From: Coraliomargarita sp.
Lineage (GTDB): Bacteria > Verrucomicrobiota > Verrucomicrobiia > Opitutales > Coraliomargaritaceae
Direction of reading: 5' to 3'
NCBI GenBank assembly: GCA_965216325.1
Contig: OZ244160.1
Span: 608,001-672,000 of the forward strand
Length of the DNA: 64,000 nucleotides
Position 1 is the first letter of the stretch, and each line of letters begins with the position of its first letter. Under the pieces are notes generated by a model. That model made no database searches, was not told the DNA's origin, and saw only the letters and a list, made by a program, of their open reading frames with translations. This document shows, piece after piece, positions 1-8,718 of the stretch. Both the position numbers and the translations under genes were made by a program.

Positions 1-1335
1 TAGTGCGTAGTTTGCTTCGATACAGGCAGCGTTCGTTTCGATGCAGTTGATTGCGGTGTTTGGAATCAGTTCCGGGAAGTCTAACTGGTCGCGGAGTTCT
101 GGGCTTTCGACGAGTTGCTGAATGACGGATTGCTGGTTGCTCTCGTCCAGACCAGAAAAATCGATGGTGCTGCCTTGAATCAGGCTGCCGAGTGCGCGCT
201 CGGTGGCATCTTCGGGGAGGTCGACACCATATGCGGCGTAGGATGCTTCAAGCTCGCTGTGTATGCGCGAGTATAGCGATGCTTCGTCGATCCAGTCGAG
301 TGGTATACCGAGATGCGTGTAAAGGTGGTCCAGTTGAACGCCCTGCGCTCTAAAGTCGGCGGTGATCTGTGGTAGGTCGCGCCCCACGATGGCTTTGCCG
401 AATAGGGCTGGCTCGAGAAATGCCAGGCCGAAGCCCTCCGCGATGCTGGTCGTGCAAATGCAGTGTGCGGTCTGCATGATGGTTTCAAAGGACCAGTCAT
501 GGTTCTCACCAATGCTGAAGTGAACCGGTAGCTGAAGCTTTGCGGCAAACTGCTTCCAGTCATTGTAAGCAGCTTGATAGTTCTTGTTTGTTGGGCCAAG
601 CGTGTTGGCAAAGACATCGCCTGATTTGGCGAGTGCGGCCCATAGGAGTAATTCGCCGAAGTTCTTACGCCGCACGGCACGCACTGGATAGAGGATCAGT
701 CGTTCGGCTCCGAGCGCTTCAAGAATCTGAGCTGACTCATGGCTTACGCTGCTGGGTGCTACGCCTTCGACTGGGTTGGCTAATTGGTGTAATTGATTTG
801 TGGATACGCCGCTTTGCTGGAAAATGGTTTCGTCGCGGCCGTTCAGCACGGCGTAGTGCACGCGCGGACAGTTCGGGTAGAGCTTTGCTGCAAAGGCTTG
901 GTCAGTTTGATTCAGTTCGTAGTTGGCCGGGCGCCCATCTTCGGCGAAGTCGTGCATGTGAAGCAGTAGGGCTTCACCTTGCTCGGCTAGCAGGGAGATG
1001 ATTCCAGGTGTCGAGCTGTTCTTACCAAGTGAGTGGTTGTGTATGTGCCAGAGGTCGGGTGGGCCTCCCAAGGCTTGCTCGGCAGCTTCGCGTAATGCTG
1101 CAAGGAGTGTCTCGGGTGGCGGTGTTTCAGCTTGGGCATTTGAATACTGCAAGCCGGGCACTTCGACGGCTTGCGCGTTGAAGCTAACATCATCCGGCAC
1201 ATCACCTGCAAGCAGCACACAGTGTGGTGCGTTGTCGAGTTGGCTGAAACCGCGTAGAGTCGATTCGATTACGCGTGTGACACCACCGCGCTTTAGGTGG
1301 TAGTGCACAATGGCAATCCGTATATTTTTCGACAT
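1..1335 (-). CDS. GT-B (GT4-like) glycosyltransferase, 3' end runs off the window
   Basis: Not in the ORF track. Hand translation of parts of the frame from ATG at 1335 gives MSKNIRIAIVHYHLKRGGVTRVI...HIHNHSLGKN...HDFAEDGR...LYPVRAVRRKNFGE; no stop in the segments checked, including the first 60 bases. Confidence 0.8.
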   Translation of the reverse strand, partial: MSKNIRIAIVHYHLKRGGVTRVIESTLRGFSQLDNAPHCVLLAGDVPDDVSFNAQAVEVPGLQYSNAQAETPPPETLLAALREAAEQALGGPPDLWHIHNHSLGKNSSTPGIISLLAEQGEALLLHMHDFAEDGRPANYELNQTDQAFAAKLYPNCPRVHYAVLNGRDETIFQQSGVSTNQLHQLANPVEGVAPSSVSHESAQILEALGAERLILYPVRAVRRKNFGELLLWAALAKSGDVFANTLGPTNKNYQAAYNDWKQFAAKLQLPVHFSIGENHDWSFETIMQTAHCICTTSIAEGFGLAFLEPALFGKAIVGRDLPQITADFRAQGVQLDHLYTHLGIPLDWIDEASLYSRIHSELEASYAAYGVDLPEDATERALGSLIQGSTIDFSGLDESNQQSVIQQLVESPELRDQLDFPELIPNTAINCIETNAACIEANYAL

Positions 1336-1357
1336 GCTTTGCGGAGACTTTACAGGA

Positions 1358-1544
1358 TTTTTTGAACCGTTAAATTACGTCAATTGACGTTAATCAGACG
1401 TAGGGCTCTTGTGCTCGCATGACACCCTTTTCTATTGTGAGGCACTTTGCCAGCAAAGGCCCTACAACTGTATTGTGATTTGCTGATCGAATTCATCTTT
1501 GGAGAAAATTTACGTTAATTGACGTAAAATAACGGTTCAAAAAT
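1358..1544. repeat. Element with ~35-bp imperfect terminal inverted repeats (TTTTTGAACCGTTA..TTACGTCAATT) built from 10-bp units
   Basis: 1358-1394 is an imperfect reverse complement of 1507-1544; related arms occur at 14911, 29770 and 33030. Confidence 0.75.
1400..1465. repeat. GTAG REP-like doublet (GTAGGGC...GCCCTAC subtype), nested in the inverted-repeat element
   Basis: GTAGGGC at 1400 and GCCCTAC ending 1465; same end type as 19817-19891. Confidence 0.55.
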
Positions 1545-1561
1545 TGAGTAGTTATATTACA

Positions 1562-2542
1562 TCACTTGATCCCGTATTTCTCGCAGTAGGCGGGGATGGT
1601 CACCATTGGTGGACGCTCATACTCGACGATTTCCTTCTTCAGCAATTCGTAGTGATTGCCCTCTGCTTGGAATTGTCGATAGAGCGTGGCCATGTCTGGC
1701 ATCTTGTCGACCATGCCGTATTTGCGCATACGGTTGAGGAACGTTTGTAGGATGCCGAAGGACATCTTGCCGAGCGCATTGGTGCTCTGGTTGCGGTGGA
1801 TACGCTGATCCAGATCACACTGCGCAAAGGCTTCGAGGCCCCATTCGCGATAGACATCGAGAATGTGTGCGGTCTCAACGCCGTAGCCAATCGGGAACGG
1901 AATCTTCTCCAGCACTTCACGACGCACGGCGAATTCGCCGGAGAGCGGCTGAATCAGTGAGGTCAATTCTGGGAAGAAGAGCGAGAAGAGGGGACGTATC
2001 AGGATTTCCGTGACACGGCCACCGCCACTGGCGCGCACTCCAGACGAGTAGGTGATTGGGCGGTCGTAGAAAGCCTTACAGTATTTGATCGATTCGTTGA
2101 TGATCAGCGGTCCGACAATGCCATACACGAAGCGCGGGTGGATATTGCTGATGTCGGCATCGACATAGATGATGATATCACCTTTGAGCTGGTAGATTGC
2201 TTTCCAGAGATTTTCGCCCTTGCCGGGCTTGTTGCCAACTTCTGGCAGGATGTCTTTCGCGCTGTAGGTGTCGGCGCCAAACGAGGCGGCCACTTCGAGC
2301 GTCTTATCCTTAGAGCCAGAGTCGATCACCGCGAATTCGTCGATGAGCGGGTAGCGCTCCATGAGTTCCGACTTTAGGATGACGATCTCTTTACCGATCG
2401 TCTTCTCTTCGTTCAGTGTCGGAATACAGAGTGAAATTTTAAGACCTTGTTCTTCTTTGAGGCGGACGAGCTTCAGGATGTCCCAGAATTCTCCGTGGTG
2501 GAAGGTGTTTGTTTCAAGCCATTTATCAATTTTCTTACTCAT
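1562..2542 (-). CDS. gpgS: Glucosyl-3-phosphoglycerate synthase (GT81/GT2-like)
   Basis: SLCIPTLNEE, IDSGSKD, GKGENLW, YVDAD, GGGRVTE, QPLSGE, GYGVE and HRNQ motifs. Confidence 0.9.
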   Translation of the reverse strand: MSKKIDKWLETNTFHHGEFWDILKLVRLKEEQGLKISLCIPTLNEEKTIGKEIVILKSELMERYPLIDEFAVIDSGSKDKTLEVAASFGADTYSAKDILPEVGNKPGKGENLWKAIYQLKGDIIIYVDADISNIHPRFVYGIVGPLIINESIKYCKAFYDRPITYSSGVRASGGGRVTEILIRPLFSLFFPELTSLIQPLSGEFAVRREVLEKIPFPIGYGVETAHILDVYREWGLEAFAQCDLDQRIHRNQSTNALGKMSFGILQTFLNRMRKYGMVDKMPDMATLYRQFQAEGNHYELLKKEIVEYERPPMVTIPAYCEKYGIK

Positions 2543-3704
2543 CGCAAAGTCCTCCGTCGATTGCTTGTAGCAGGGCTACGAGTTGTGCCAAACCGTCGAA
2601 GGTGGGTTGGATCTCAATAGTTTCGTCGTCTTCGTTTTTGTGGCTGCCCTTGGTTAGGCCGAGGGTAACGCTTGGTATCTGATGGGCGATGAGCTCGGCA
2701 AGCTCACCAACGCTGGGTTCAACGTGTGACTTGATGTCGAGTTCGTTGTGAATACTGCGCATGCATTTGACCAATGGGTGGCCATATTCGAGGCCGCCTT
2801 TCTTACGCTGGGCGATGACGGAAAGTTTAATGCTGGTGTTGGTGGAGTTGGCGATCTCCTCGATGATGTCTTCGATTTGATCGCGTAGTCTTGAGACCAT
2901 ACCACCTTCTTCACTACGGATCTCAAAGCGTAGTTTTGCGGAGGTAGGCTGTGTGGCAAAGGAGGTGCCGGCATTCATCGAGCCAAAGATGATCTTTGTT
3001 TCCGGCTCGTTTGGAATTGGGATCCGCATGATCTGTTGGATCACTTTGGAAAGGATCGCGACCGGGTTGGAAGCGCCGAAGCGGGTCCAGTCGTATTCGG
3101 ATGGCATGCGGACTTTGATCTCGCCACGTAGCATACCGACTGAGCTGTAGCTGAGGCGTCCGAGGTGAATACCTTCGACGCAGACGCCGGCACGGATGGG
3201 CGATTTAAAGTTGTCTAGGAAGAAGCGGATGCCGGACAGGTTGCCTAGTCCAAGGCTGTCGGTGTCAGCAAGGAGAATGATGTTGTCCTCCAGTTGCAGG
3301 TCGAGGCGCTGTAGCACTGCGGGCAAGGTCGCCAGTGCCGCGAGGCCCAAGCTGTTATCACCGATGCCCGGGCCGATTATGGTGTTTTGCTGGACCGACA
3401 TGGCGTGGTCGATCTTGCTGTTGAAGACCGTATCGGCATGGGCGCAGACCAGAATATTGTTCTCGCCGACTGAACCGGGGATCATCGCCATGCAGTTACC
3501 TGCTTCGTCGATCGAGATATTGTCTAGACCTTCCTCGGTGTAGCGATTGCCGAGAAAAGTGATACGCTCTTCTTCCTCTCCGGTGGGAGAGGGTATTTCG
3601 CCGATCATTACGGCATTGGCCAAGAGCATTTGGCGTATCGACTGGAGCGTATCGCTGTGCTCTGAGAGCGAGTTGAGTATTTTCTTCAGTGCGGCTTTGG
3701 GCAT
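2535..3704 (-). CDS. M20/M28 metallopeptidase-fold protein, catalytic EE apparently lost
   Basis: AHADTVF and GPGIGDN motifs plus a dimerisation domain; overlaps the gpgS start by 8 nt. Confidence 0.75.
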   Translation of the reverse strand: MPKAALKKILNSLSEHSDTLQSIRQMLLANAVMIGEIPSPTGEEEERITFLGNRYTEEGLDNISIDEAGNCMAMIPGSVGENNILVCAHADTVFNSKIDHAMSVQQNTIIGPGIGDNSLGLAALATLPAVLQRLDLQLEDNIILLADTDSLGLGNLSGIRFFLDNFKSPIRAGVCVEGIHLGRLSYSSVGMLRGEIKVRMPSEYDWTRFGASNPVAILSKVIQQIMRIPIPNEPETKIIFGSMNAGTSFATQPTSAKLRFEIRSEEGGMVSRLRDQIEDIIEEIANSTNTSIKLSVIAQRKKGGLEYGHPLVKCMRSIHNELDIKSHVEPSVGELAELIAHQIPSVTLGLTKGSHKNEDDETIEIQPTFDGLAQLVALLQAIDGGLCDE

Positions 3705-3713
3705 GGATTTTGA

Positions 3714-3804
3714 GAGGAGTTAGGAGTTAGAATTTAGGAGTTAGGAGCTTTGCACTGGTGTTACTACGAAATGCTGACTTCTAACTTTTGCCTTCTAACT
3801 TCTA
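3714..3804. repeat. Inverted arrays of degenerate heptamer (AGGAGTT/AGAAGTT)
   Basis: gaggagttaggagttagaatttaggagttaggag ... ctgacttctaacttttgccttctaacttcta. Confidence 0.7.
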
Positions 3805-3809
3805 TGTGA

Positions 3810-4628
3810 TCATGGGATCACAACCTTGCTCGGGTCGTAATCCACTTCTGGGTAGCTGAGGTGCAGATCCTCAAGACAAGCAACTACGATTCGAGCAACT
3901 AGCAGATTGCGTGCCCACTTTTTGTTGGCCGGAATTAAATACCATGGAGCATGGGGCTTGGAGGTCTTTTCGAAGACGTCTTCATAGGCCTTTTCATAGT
4001 CTCCCCACTTCTTGCGGGCCACGATATCGGAAAGGTCGAACTTCCAGTTTTTCTCAGGGTTGTCCAAGCGTGCCTGCAAGCGCTCCTTTTGTGTGTCCTG
4101 ATTAATATGAAGGAAGAGTTTGAGGATTATGGTGTCCTCATCATAGAGCATTTGCTCAAAGTCGTTGATGTGCTTGTAGCGTTTTGACCAAACAGATTCT
4201 GGTTTGAGCTCATTTACGCGCACTGCGAGTACGTCTTCGTAGTGGCTGCGGTCGAAAATGACGATTTCACCATCGGAGGGCGCACGCTTGTGAACGCGCC
4301 ACAGGTAGTCGTGTGCTAGTTCGCGGCTGGAGGGCTTCTCAAAGCTGGCAACATGGACGCCCTGTGGGTTGACGCCGCGGAATACTTTACGGATGGTGCC
4401 GTTTTTACCGCTGGTGTCCATGCCCTGCAGCACGATGAGTAATTTCTTACGACGATCGACGAAGAAGCGCTGTTGCAGTTCAGTGAGGCGCTCTTGGAGT
4501 CGGGTGAGTTCCTCACTGGCAGCGGTTTTGCTTTTGGGCAAATCATCCCATGGATCTGAACTGACTTTGGCCAGTTGGTCGTTTTGTCCCGATTGAATGA
4601 GGTAGTGCTTAAAATCTTTTAGACTCAT
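3810..4628 (-). CDS. ppk2: Polyphosphate kinase 2 family phosphotransferase (class III-like)
   Basis: LQGMDTSGK Walker A, HDYLWR, FDRSHYEDV, KNWKF, PWY motifs. Confidence 0.9.
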   Translation of the reverse strand: MSLKDFKHYLIQSGQNDQLAKVSSDPWDDLPKSKTAASEELTRLQERLTELQQRFFVDRRKKLLIVLQGMDTSGKNGTIRKVFRGVNPQGVHVASFEKPSSRELAHDYLWRVHKRAPSDGEIVIFDRSHYEDVLAVRVNELKPESVWSKRYKHINDFEQMLYDEDTIILKLFLHINQDTQKERLQARLDNPEKNWKFDLSDIVARKKWGDYEKAYEDVFEKTSKPHAPWYLIPANKKWARNLLVARIVVACLEDLHLSYPEVDYDPSKVVIP

Positions 4629-4724
4629 AGGGCAAGTTAGCTGACGTAGTTGATCGCGTTTAGGCTGTTAGGTCAAATCCGAGTTTAAGGAAGTTGGTGG
4701 AGGGCGCTCGTGTTGTAGACTAAA

Positions 4725-4789
4725 GTAGAAGCGAGCTTCCAGCCGCTTTCAAGTAGGCCTAGAATAACGCGGCAGGATGCCGCTTCTAC
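4725..4789. repeat. GTAG REP doublet
   Basis: GTAGAAGCGAGCTTCCAGCCGCTT and inverted GCGGCAGGATGCCGCTTCTAC. Confidence 0.8.
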
Positions 4790-4841
4790 ATTACTTTCTG
4801 AAAGCTTGCCATCCGGGGGCGGCGCTTCTTGGTTCAAGTGT

Positions 4842-5510
4842 ATGGATCATTCTGGGATGGTGGCTGCATTAGAGTCGGCTTTAGGGCAAATATTGCCCGC
4901 TGGCTGTGGCGCGGCTGCGTCTTGGCCGGATGTGGAGCCTTCAGCGGATGTGTTGCCAAATGCGGCAGCGCATCGCCGCAAAGAGTATGCGGGAGGGCGT
5001 GCCTGCGCCCTGCGAGCTTTGCAAGTCCTTGGCTACTCGGAGGCTGCCGATTTGCACGGCGATGCGGATGGTGTCCCGGTGTGGCCAGATGGAATGTTGG
5101 GTTCAATTACGCACTCGAAGGGACTCTGCGCTGCTGTCGCCGGATTTATCAATGACTTACAAATTATTGGTTTGGATTTAGAGCGCACGGATCGTTTGAA
5201 GGCTGCTGCCATTAAGCGTGTGCTGCATCTGGATGAGACTGATTTTGCGCAGGGCGATCAGTTGCGTGCGAGCATCCTGTTTAGTTTGAAAGAAGCCTTT
5301 TATAAGGCACAGTTTCCGAAGTGGCGCACAGCTGGGAATTTTGAAGATTTGGCGCTCAACTTGGACCTGTCTGCTGGCACTGCCTCCGTGAACTTCATGA
5401 GTGACCGTTTCGACGCGGAATTGGTTCAGCAGGCGGATGCCTTGCAGTTTCGCTTCGCTGTATTGGGTGACTTTGTGGTCAGCGTGTGCTGGTTGGGGTC
5501 CCGCTCGTAG
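4842..5510 (+). CDS. 4'-phosphopantetheinyl transferase (EntD/Sfp-like)
   Basis: RRKEYAGGR, PVWPDGMLGSITHS, IGLDLE, FSLKEAFYKA; ATG at 4842 preferred over the track's 4806. Confidence 0.88.
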   Translation: MDHSGMVAALESALGQILPAGCGAAASWPDVEPSADVLPNAAAHRRKEYAGGRACALRALQVLGYSEAADLHGDADGVPVWPDGMLGSITHSKGLCAAVAGFINDLQIIGLDLERTDRLKAAAIKRVLHLDETDFAQGDQLRASILFSLKEAFYKAQFPKWRTAGNFEDLALNLDLSAGTASVNFMSDRFDAELVQQADALQFRFAVLGDFVVSVCWLGSRS

Positions 5511-5576
5511 CACAGGCATCTTGCCTGTGTCTGCGGAGGCTTGTTTGAGGTGAAACAGGCGAGACGCCTGTTCTAC
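5507..5576. repeat. GTAG REP doublet overlapping the PPTase stop codon
   Basis: GTAGCACAGGCATCTTGCCTGTG ... ACAGGCGAGACGCCTGTTCTAC. Confidence 0.85.
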
Positions 5577-5579
5577 ATC

Positions 5580-5903
5580 TTAGACGTCTTCCCACTCAAG
5601 GGCTTTGATGTGATCAATGCGTCCCTTGGAAAGTTCGACCCAAAGCTTCAGTGCGGCATGGCGGGTGAGGCCGGAGATGACCTTTGGAGGCAGGTCGTTG
5701 TCTCCCAGGTTCTCGAAGGTGGCAATACCGGTCGGGAACAGTGATATCGACCAGCCGCTTGGGTCATGCACCAGAGAGACGTCTTGGTGGTCCGCTTCCT
5801 CGAAGTCCGGATCATCGAGCTGCGCGATGACTTCGCGCAGGGTCTCCATGTCTGGATTCAGTTGGCTGACGCCGTCGCAGTCGGTGGTGTGAAATAGGTC
5901 CAT
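5580..5903 (-). CDS. Hypothetical protein (107 aa)
   Basis: ATG one base after the argA stop; globular-looking acidic sequence MDLFHTTDCDG... Confidence 0.65.
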   Translation of the reverse strand: MDLFHTTDCDGVSQLNPDMETLREVIAQLDDPDFEEADHQDVSLVHDPSGWSISLFPTGIATFENLGDNDLPPKVISGLTRHAALKLWVELSKGRIDHIKALEWEDV

Positions 5904-5904
5904 A

Positions 5905-7212
5905 CTAGGCGTTCTTAGTGAGAACCGTTGAGTTGCGTCCGCTGGAGAGGTAGCTTTCGCGGCGTGGTTCCGGAAGATCATCGACCGTGCCTTCGCTAAA
6001 GCCGCAGACTTCGACGAAAAAGCCAGCTGCTTGAGTGGAGAGCGCGATGATACGTTGCGCGCCCCATTCGCTGGCTTGCTCGGAGGCGTATTGGATCATG
6101 CGGCGGCCGACGCCCTTGTTTTGATAGAAGGACTGCACGAATACACTACCGATTTCAATCGTGGCGCCTTCGTCGTAGCGTTGCAGGTGCACGCAGCCGA
6201 CGATGCTGCCATCGATTTCATACACGAGGAAGTGCTCAATTGAGCTTTCGATGGCTTCCAGCGAGCGTTCGACGAGCGTTTCGGAGCGGACCGCGTTGCG
6301 GGTAATGTTGTAAATGGAGTAGGCGTCCGCTTGCACCGCGGGGCGGATCGACTCGTATTCGTTGCTATACACCATCGTGCCCACGCCGACCTTGTCGAAG
6401 ACTTCGTTGAGCAGTGCGCCAAAGATGCGGCCATCCAGGATATGGATGCGCTCCGTGCCGGCCTTGATGGCTTTTACGGCATGCACGACCTTGCTGTGGA
6501 GGCGTTCGGGGATGCTGTCTGGCGCAGCTTCGAGGAGTTGCTCAAGATCGGCGACCGGAAGGTTGGTGCGCGGTTCGCCGTTCACCTTAAGCGAGTCTTG
6601 AGTGGTCAGATAAATGATCTTGGAGGCTTCGAGCTGTGAGGCGAGTTCGACTGCCAGCAGGTCGGAGTTCATCCGCAGAGGTTCGCCTTTGCGGTCGAAC
6701 CCGATCGGTGTCACGACTGGAATGGTGTCGGCGTCGAGCAGCTTGTTGAAGAGGGTGATGTCGAGTTTGGCGACATTGCCGCTGAGCTGTTGGTGCACAC
6801 CTTTGACGATGCCGACTTCCTTGCTGCGCACTGCGTTGGATACCGCGCACCGTAAGCCGTTGCGTGTCAGTCCTTGAATGATCTCAAGGTTCACGGCTGC
6901 AGAGACTTCGGATGCCAGCTTGAGGGTGGTGGTGTCGGTAACGTCCTCGCCGTGTGGGTTGCTGATGGTGATTCCGCGCTCCTCGGCGACGGCCTTCAGT
7001 TGTTGGCCAATGCCATGCACGAGCACGACTTTGATGTTCAGCGATCGGAGCACGGCAATGTCGAGCAGCACATTTTGAAAGATCTCATGCGCGACCAGAC
7101 TGCCATCAATCGCGATAACAAACACCTGCTCACGAAACATCGGGACATACTTAAGGATGCCGCGTAGGTCCGTGGGTTTGATGGCGTGTTCGTCTGTCTG
7201 ATTGGTGCTCAT
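5905..7212 (-). CDS. argA: Amino-acid N-acetyltransferase (N-acetylglutamate synthase)
   Basis: N-terminal amino-acid-kinase domain (VLVHG, HILDG...LLNEVF..G.GTM) plus C-terminal GNAT domain (YQNKGVG). Confidence 0.9.
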   Translation of the reverse strand: MSTNQTDEHAIKPTDLRGILKYVPMFREQVFVIAIDGSLVAHEIFQNVLLDIAVLRSLNIKVVLVHGIGQQLKAVAEERGITISNPHGEDVTDTTTLKLASEVSAAVNLEIIQGLTRNGLRCAVSNAVRSKEVGIVKGVHQQLSGNVAKLDITLFNKLLDADTIPVVTPIGFDRKGEPLRMNSDLLAVELASQLEASKIIYLTTQDSLKVNGEPRTNLPVADLEQLLEAAPDSIPERLHSKVVHAVKAIKAGTERIHILDGRIFGALLNEVFDKVGVGTMVYSNEYESIRPAVQADAYSIYNITRNAVRSETLVERSLEAIESSIEHFLVYEIDGSIVGCVHLQRYDEGATIEIGSVFVQSFYQNKGVGRRMIQYASEQASEWGAQRIIALSTQAAGFFVEVCGFSEGTVDDLPEPRRESYLSSGRNSTVLTKNA

Positions 7213-7313
7213 TAAAAATGCTATAGGCTAACCATTCACATTGTACGCAGACTGCAAGCTTGCAAGGTCGATGTTTACTGCCTGAATGGTGGCTTGCTGA
7301 GTTCTTCAACGGG

Positions 7314-7399
7314 GATCGCAGGAGCGTCTCGCTCCGCAGGGTCTTTTGAGTGGCTTGGCTGACCACTCCGTGGTACGCACCGAGACGGTGCCGCGCTAC
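7314..7399. repeat. REP doublet of GTAGCGC subtype upstream of xerD
   Basis: GATCGCAGGAGCGTCTCGCTCCGC ... GCACCGAGACGGTGCCGCGCTAC; close to the copies inside gspI/J/K. Confidence 0.75.
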
Positions 7400-7412
7400 C
7401 TTTTTTCTAACT

Positions 7413-8345
7413 ATGCAGACCGACCCCGTATCCACAATTCCTGACGCGTATGCGGAACCGGTTGAGAGTTTTTTGGCCTGGCTGGAGTTGGAGCGAGGCT
7501 TGTCGAAGAATACGATTAACTCGTATGCGCGCGATTTGGCGCAGTGTGCTCAGTATTTTTTTAAGCAGAATCTGTCGGATTGGGGCGCAGTGCAGGGCTC
7601 GCATTGTAGCGAGTGGATTTCAACTTTGGCGAAAGCCGACTATGCACGTAGCAGTCAGGCCCGTAAGCTCTCGGCGCTGCGTATGTTTGCGAAGCACTTG
7701 GTGCGGGAGAATCTGCGTAAAGATGATTTTACCGAATTGGCTGCTGCGCCCAAGCTTTCGCGGAAGTTGCCGGATGTGCTGACCATTGAAGAACTCGAGC
7801 GACTGCTGAATGCCCCGCAACTCACGACGCCACATGGCGTGCGTGACCGCGCCATTCTAGAGCTCTTTTACAGCAGTGGCTTACGTGTCTCGGAGCTCTG
7901 TGAGTTGACCTTGCAGGCGATCAACTTGGACGAGGGCTATGTACGGGTCTTTGGTAAGGGCTCCAAGGAGCGCATTGCACCGGTGGGAAGTGCGGCGATC
8001 AAAGCAGTCGAAAATTACTTGTCGGCGGGGCGTCCACATTTCGTAAAAGGGGATACCGGTAGTGCGGTTTTCCTGAGTCAGCGTGGCAAGCCGATCTCAC
8101 GCAAGATGGTGTGGGTGATGATTAAGCAGCATGCTGCAAAAGTTGGCATCAAGAAACCGATCAAGCCGCACCTGTTGCGCCACTCTTTCGCCACGCATTT
8201 GCTCGAGGGGGGGGCGGACCTACGAGCGATTCAGGAGATGCTGGGACACGCCGATATCTCAACGACACAGATTTACACCGCAGTTCAAGCGAGCCGACTT
8301 GCGGATGAGCATGCGCTGCATCACCCGCGGGCTAAGCAATCGTAG
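7413..8345 (+). CDS. xerD: Site-specific tyrosine recombinase XerD
   Basis: ERGLSKNTINSY, RDRAILELFYSSGLRVSEL, GKGSKER, PHLLRHSFATHLL, LGHADISTTQIY. Confidence 0.9.
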   Translation: MQTDPVSTIPDAYAEPVESFLAWLELERGLSKNTINSYARDLAQCAQYFFKQNLSDWGAVQGSHCSEWISTLAKADYARSSQARKLSALRMFAKHLVRENLRKDDFTELAAAPKLSRKLPDVLTIEELERLLNAPQLTTPHGVRDRAILELFYSSGLRVSELCELTLQAINLDEGYVRVFGKGSKERIAPVGSAAIKAVENYLSAGRPHFVKGDTGSAVFLSQRGKPISRKMVWVMIKQHAAKVGIKKPIKPHLLRHSFATHLLEGGADLRAIQEMLGHADISTTQIYTAVQASRLADEHALHHPRAKQS

Positions 8346-8407
8346 CACAGGCATCTTGCCTGTATCATCTAGGCCTGCATGAAAAATAGGCGGGACGCCT
8401 GTTCTAC
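8342..8407. repeat. GTAG REP doublet overlapping the xerD stop codon
   Basis: GTAGCACAGGCATCTTGCCTGT ... ATAGGCGGGACGCCTGTTCTAC. Confidence 0.85.
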
Positions 8408-8718
8408 CAATAATCTGGCATGAAGCTAGCTGTAGCCATGCTTAGCTTTTTGCAGATCCACTTGCACCCTTGGACTTCCTCTTCATAGTTTCAAGTGTTC
8501 TGCTTTTACTCGAACGATGCAAACGGACTTCCCGAAGAATATGTTACAAATTGTTAATGGCAGATTTATGATGCGAGGCACCACAAACCTGCCTTTCGAT
8601 GTCGTGTTCGGGAATTCCTTCGGCGACCAAGGCACATGGCTGCCTGTCAGGCCTGCGGTTGCCGAGCACCTTGCTCATCCGATTGCATGATTCGAGTGTA
8701 ACCCTCCGCTGCTTAAGA

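Noticed and set aside
180..1303. Four short track ORFs at the window start
   Set aside because: All overlap the real minus-strand glycosyltransferase (1335 to <1), which the track missed.
7350..7412. N-terminal extensions in track ORFs for xerD, GT4 (8599), dehydrogenase (15073), porin (20903) and the 31057 ORF
   Set aside because: Longest-ORF artefacts; homologous-looking sequence begins at downstream ATGs and there is no coupling evidence, unlike gspI/J/K.
7413..8345. Tyrosine recombinase as a prophage or island integrase near tRNA-Leu
   Set aside because: Sequence is typical chromosomal XerD, flanked by housekeeping genes, with no cargo or att pair around it.
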